DNA from: an uncultured Actinomycetota bacterium
Lineage (GTDB): Bacteria; Actinomycetota; Actinomycetes; Mycobacteriales; Nakamurellaceae
Assembly (NCBI GenBank): GCA_963829945.1
Contig: CAWHKH010000015.1
Span: 10,621-74,620 of the forward strand
Direction of reading: 5' to 3'
DNA: 64,000 nucleotides
The notes under the pieces are model-generated. The model worked only from the letters and a program-made list of their open reading frames with translations, did no database searches and was not told where the DNA came from. Below are positions 61,367 through 64,000 of the stretch, one piece after another. How positions within the stretch are numbered: the stretch's first letter is position 1; every line of letters starts with the position of its first letter. A program made the position numbers and the translations under genes.

Positions 61367-61510
61367 CCTGGCTTCGCGGGGAAACAAACGTGGTGCGGTC
61401 GCCGTCTTCGGACCGACAACACACCGCCGGGGACCGCGACGGGCGCGGCCTCACACGGCACCCGGCCGGTGTGGTTCAGGACGCGCAACGCGGACGGAGG
61501 GGAGACGGCG

Positions 61511-63085
61511 ATGGACCGGATCGCGCCGTTCCAGCAGCTGCGCGGCTCCGGCCGGGTGCTGTTCGGCTGCGGCCGGATCGCCGAGGTCCCGGAGGAGGCG
61601 CGCCGGCTCGGCAGCCGGGTGGCGTTGATCTCGGCGGGAAGCGCGCGCCGCGCGGCGGACGCGGTGGCGGCGGCGCTCGGCCGGGCGTGCGCGGTCCGGC
61701 TCGACGGCGCGCCACCGCACGTGCCCGAGGCAGCGGCCGGTGAGGCCGCAGCGCGCGTCCGCGAGGCCGGCGCGGACGTCGTCGTCTCCATCGGGGGCGG
61801 CTCCGCGACCGGCCTGGCCAAGGCGGTCGCCCTGGATGCCGGGCTGCCCGTCCTCGCCGTGCCGACCACCTACGCGGGCAGCGAGATGACGCCGATCTGG
61901 GGCCGGACGCGGGACGGGGTGAAGGTCACCGGCCGCGATCCGCGGGTGCAACCCACATCCGTGGTCTACGACCCGGACCTCACCGCCGGCCTGCCGCCCG
62001 CGGTCCGGGCCGCCAGCGGGATGAACGCGCTGGCCCAGGCGATCGCGCCGCTCGTCGCACCGGAGCCGTCGCCGCTGACCGCACTCATCGCCGTGGCCGC
62101 AGTCCGCGAGCTCTGCGCCGCCCTCCCCGAGATCAGCGTCGCGCCAGAGGATCCCGGTGCTCGAGAGCACGCGCTGTACGGCGCCTTCCTGGCCGGCTCG
62201 GCCCTGGCCGCCGCGCCGACGGGACTGCACCATCGACTCGCGCACGTCATCGGCGGGCGGTACGGGCTGCCGCACGCCGGCACCCACAGCGCGCTGCTGC
62301 CGCACGTGGTCGCCTTCCACGAGGAGACCTCGCCGGATCGGCTGGTCGCGGCCCGATCCGCCGCGTCGGCGTCGGGCGGGCTCGGCGTGGCGCTGTTCGA
62401 CCTCGCGCGGCGGATCGGCGCGCCGACCTCGCTGGCGCAGCTCGGTCTGGACAACGCCGACCTCGCCGCCGTGGCGGCCGAGATCGACCCGTCCCTCGCC
62501 CCGCCCGACCGGCTGGCGGCGCTGCTCGCGGGCGCGCACGCCGGCCGTCGCCCGCCGCACCCCGACGCCGCGTCGCCGCGGCGGGCCGGCCCCGCACCGT
62601 GGCTGGACCAGCCGGAGCAGGCGACGTGGCGGGCCTGGCTCGACACCTATCGGCTCGTGCTGCCGACCCTGGATCGTCAGCTGCGCAGCGAGTCCGGTGT
62701 GTCGCTCACGGACTACGAGGTGCTGGTCGCGCTCTCCGAGGCGCCGGGCGGCCGGCTGCGCATGGCGCACGTCGCCGACCGGACGGTCGCCACCCGCAGC
62801 GCCGTCACCCGCACCGTGGACCGGCTGGCGCGGCGCGGCTGGGTCTGCCGGGCGCCGTCGCCCGACGACCAGCGCGGGCAGTACGCGGAGCTCACCGACC
62901 TCGGGTGGCAGACGATCCGGACCCTGGCGCCGGGGCACGTCCGATCCGTCCGCGACACCCTGATCGACCTGCTCGACCCCGCCGACCTGGCCGCGGTGCA
63001 GCGCATCGGCGAGCGCGTCCGCGCGCGCCTCGAGCGCGGCGTTGGGCAGAATCCGCGGGATGAGCCCGGCGGTGCCCATCGATGA
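61511..63085 (+). CDS. Maleylacetate reductase-like (Fe-ADH fold) domain fused to a C-terminal MarR domain
   Basis: GGAGG RBS. GGGSATGLAK, PTTYAGSEMT, YDPDLT, LHHRLAH, PHA.TH, then WL...EQ..WR, DYEVL..LSE, RS..TR...RL, DQRG..A.LT. Confidence 0.85.
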   Translation: MDRIAPFQQLRGSGRVLFGCGRIAEVPEEARRLGSRVALISAGSARRAADAVAAALGRACAVRLDGAPPHVPEAAAGEAAARVREAGADVVVSIGGGSATGLAKAVALDAGLPVLAVPTTYAGSEMTPIWGRTRDGVKVTGRDPRVQPTSVVYDPDLTAGLPPAVRAASGMNALAQAIAPLVAPEPSPLTALIAVAAVRELCAALPEISVAPEDPGAREHALYGAFLAGSALAAAPTGLHHRLAHVIGGRYGLPHAGTHSALLPHVVAFHEETSPDRLVAARSAASASGGLGVALFDLARRIGAPTSLAQLGLDNADLAAVAAEIDPSLAPPDRLAALLAGAHAGRRPPHPDAASPRRAGPAPWLDQPEQATWRAWLDTYRLVLPTLDRQLRSESGVSLTDYEVLVALSEAPGGRLRMAHVADRTVATRSAVTRTVDRLARRGWVCRAPSPDDQRGQYAELTDLGWQTIRTLAPGHVRSVRDTLIDLLDPADLAAVQRIGERVRARLERGVGQNPRDEPGGAHR

Positions 63086-63857
63086 CCCGGACGACCCCCG
63101 GCTCGACGACTTCCGCGACCTGACGCGCGCCGACCGGCGCCCGGACCGGCCCGGCGGGCGCGGGCTGGTGATCGCCGAGGGCACCGTCGTCGTGCGACGG
63201 CTGCTCGCGTCGCCGTACCCGGTCCGCAGCCTGCTCGGCGTGCGGCGGCGGTTCGACGAGCTGGCGGGCGACCTCGTCGGTTGCACCGCCCCGTGCTACG
63301 TGACGTCGGCCGAGTTGATGGCGCGGGTGGTCGGCTTCCACCTGAACCGCGGCGTGCTCGCGGTCGCCGACAGGGTCACCTTCCCCCCGGTGGCCGACCT
63401 GTTGGCCACGGCGCGGGCGGTGGCGGTGCTGGAGGGCCTCGGCGACCACGAGAACATCGGCGCCATCTTCCGCAACGCGGCCGCCCTCGGCATCGACGCC
63501 GTCCTGCTCGGCGACGGCTGCGCTGACCCGCTGTACCGGCGCAGCGTGCGGGTGTCGATGGGCACCGTGCTGCTGGTGCCCTTCGCCACGGTGCCGCTAC
63601 CGGCCGGACCGCTGGTGGAGCTATTGGCGCACAACGGCTTTCGGACCGTGGCGCTCAGCCCCGCCGGGGAGGTGACCCTCGCCGATGCCGGGCTGGCGCC
63701 GCCGGTCGCGGTGCTGGTGGGCGCCGAGGGGCCCGGCCTGTCGACGGCCGCGCTGGCGGCCGCGGACGTCCGGGTGCGGATCCCGATGCGCCGGGGCGTC
63801 GACTCGCTGAACGTGGCGACCGCCGCGGCGATCGCCTTCGCCGCCGTGCGGTGGTGA
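63060..63857 (+). CDS. TrmH/SpoU family RNA methyltransferase (Rv0881-like)
   Basis: IAEG, GFHLNRG, DHENIG.IFRNA, DPLYRR.VRVSMG, G.EG.GL, IPM..GVDSLNV. Confidence 0.93.
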   Translation: MSPAVPIDDPDDPRLDDFRDLTRADRRPDRPGGRGLVIAEGTVVVRRLLASPYPVRSLLGVRRRFDELAGDLVGCTAPCYVTSAELMARVVGFHLNRGVLAVADRVTFPPVADLLATARAVAVLEGLGDHENIGAIFRNAAALGIDAVLLGDGCADPLYRRSVRVSMGTVLLVPFATVPLPAGPLVELLAHNGFRTVALSPAGEVTLADAGLAPPVAVLVGAEGPGLSTAALAAADVRVRIPMRRGVDSLNVATAAAIAFAAVRW

Positions 63858-64000
63858 CGCGCGCGATCCCGTGCCGCCTGCCGGGTGGTACGCCGCACGC
63901 GCGATGCGCCGGACCGCCCGGACCGGGCGCGCCCGTCGGGCACACTGTGCGCATGCCAGCGGCCCGCCAGCAGGTCCCGGGGTGCGGCCCCGTCGCGCGG

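Overview
High-GC actinobacterial chromosome segment with about 55 genes. The backbone follows the gene order I recall for M. tuberculosis Rv0861c-Rv0881: XPB helicase, Helicase_C_3/WYL partner, Rv0863-like peptide, moaC-mog-moaE, moaD-moaA, cspB, DUF2771, MFS, DUF3027, DUF2530, MarR and TrmH. Accessory blocks are inserted between these genes. The most unusual region is 1377-18297. There a giant Ig/FN3 surface protein-MoxR-DUF58-pseudo-transglutaminase operon converges, 10 bp apart, on a stripped type VII secretion operon (eccC-eccD-eccB). That EccC has lost both Walker A lysines and the whole third ATPase domain, and no mycosin or WXG100 gene is in the window. Other notable items: an in-frame maleylacetate-reductase-like/MarR fusion divergent from a ring-cleavage dioxygenase operon; a 35-bp MIRU-like repeat that relays translational coupling; a perfect 24-bp GntR operator ahead of an ankyrin lipoprotein; and a DUF1269/amphi-Trp/K-channel/DUF2252 cassette. 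About a dozen genes carry single-base frameshifts, most likely sequencing or assembly indels. No rRNA, tRNA, CRISPR array or transposase was seen. All family calls come from motif recognition by eye, not database searches.
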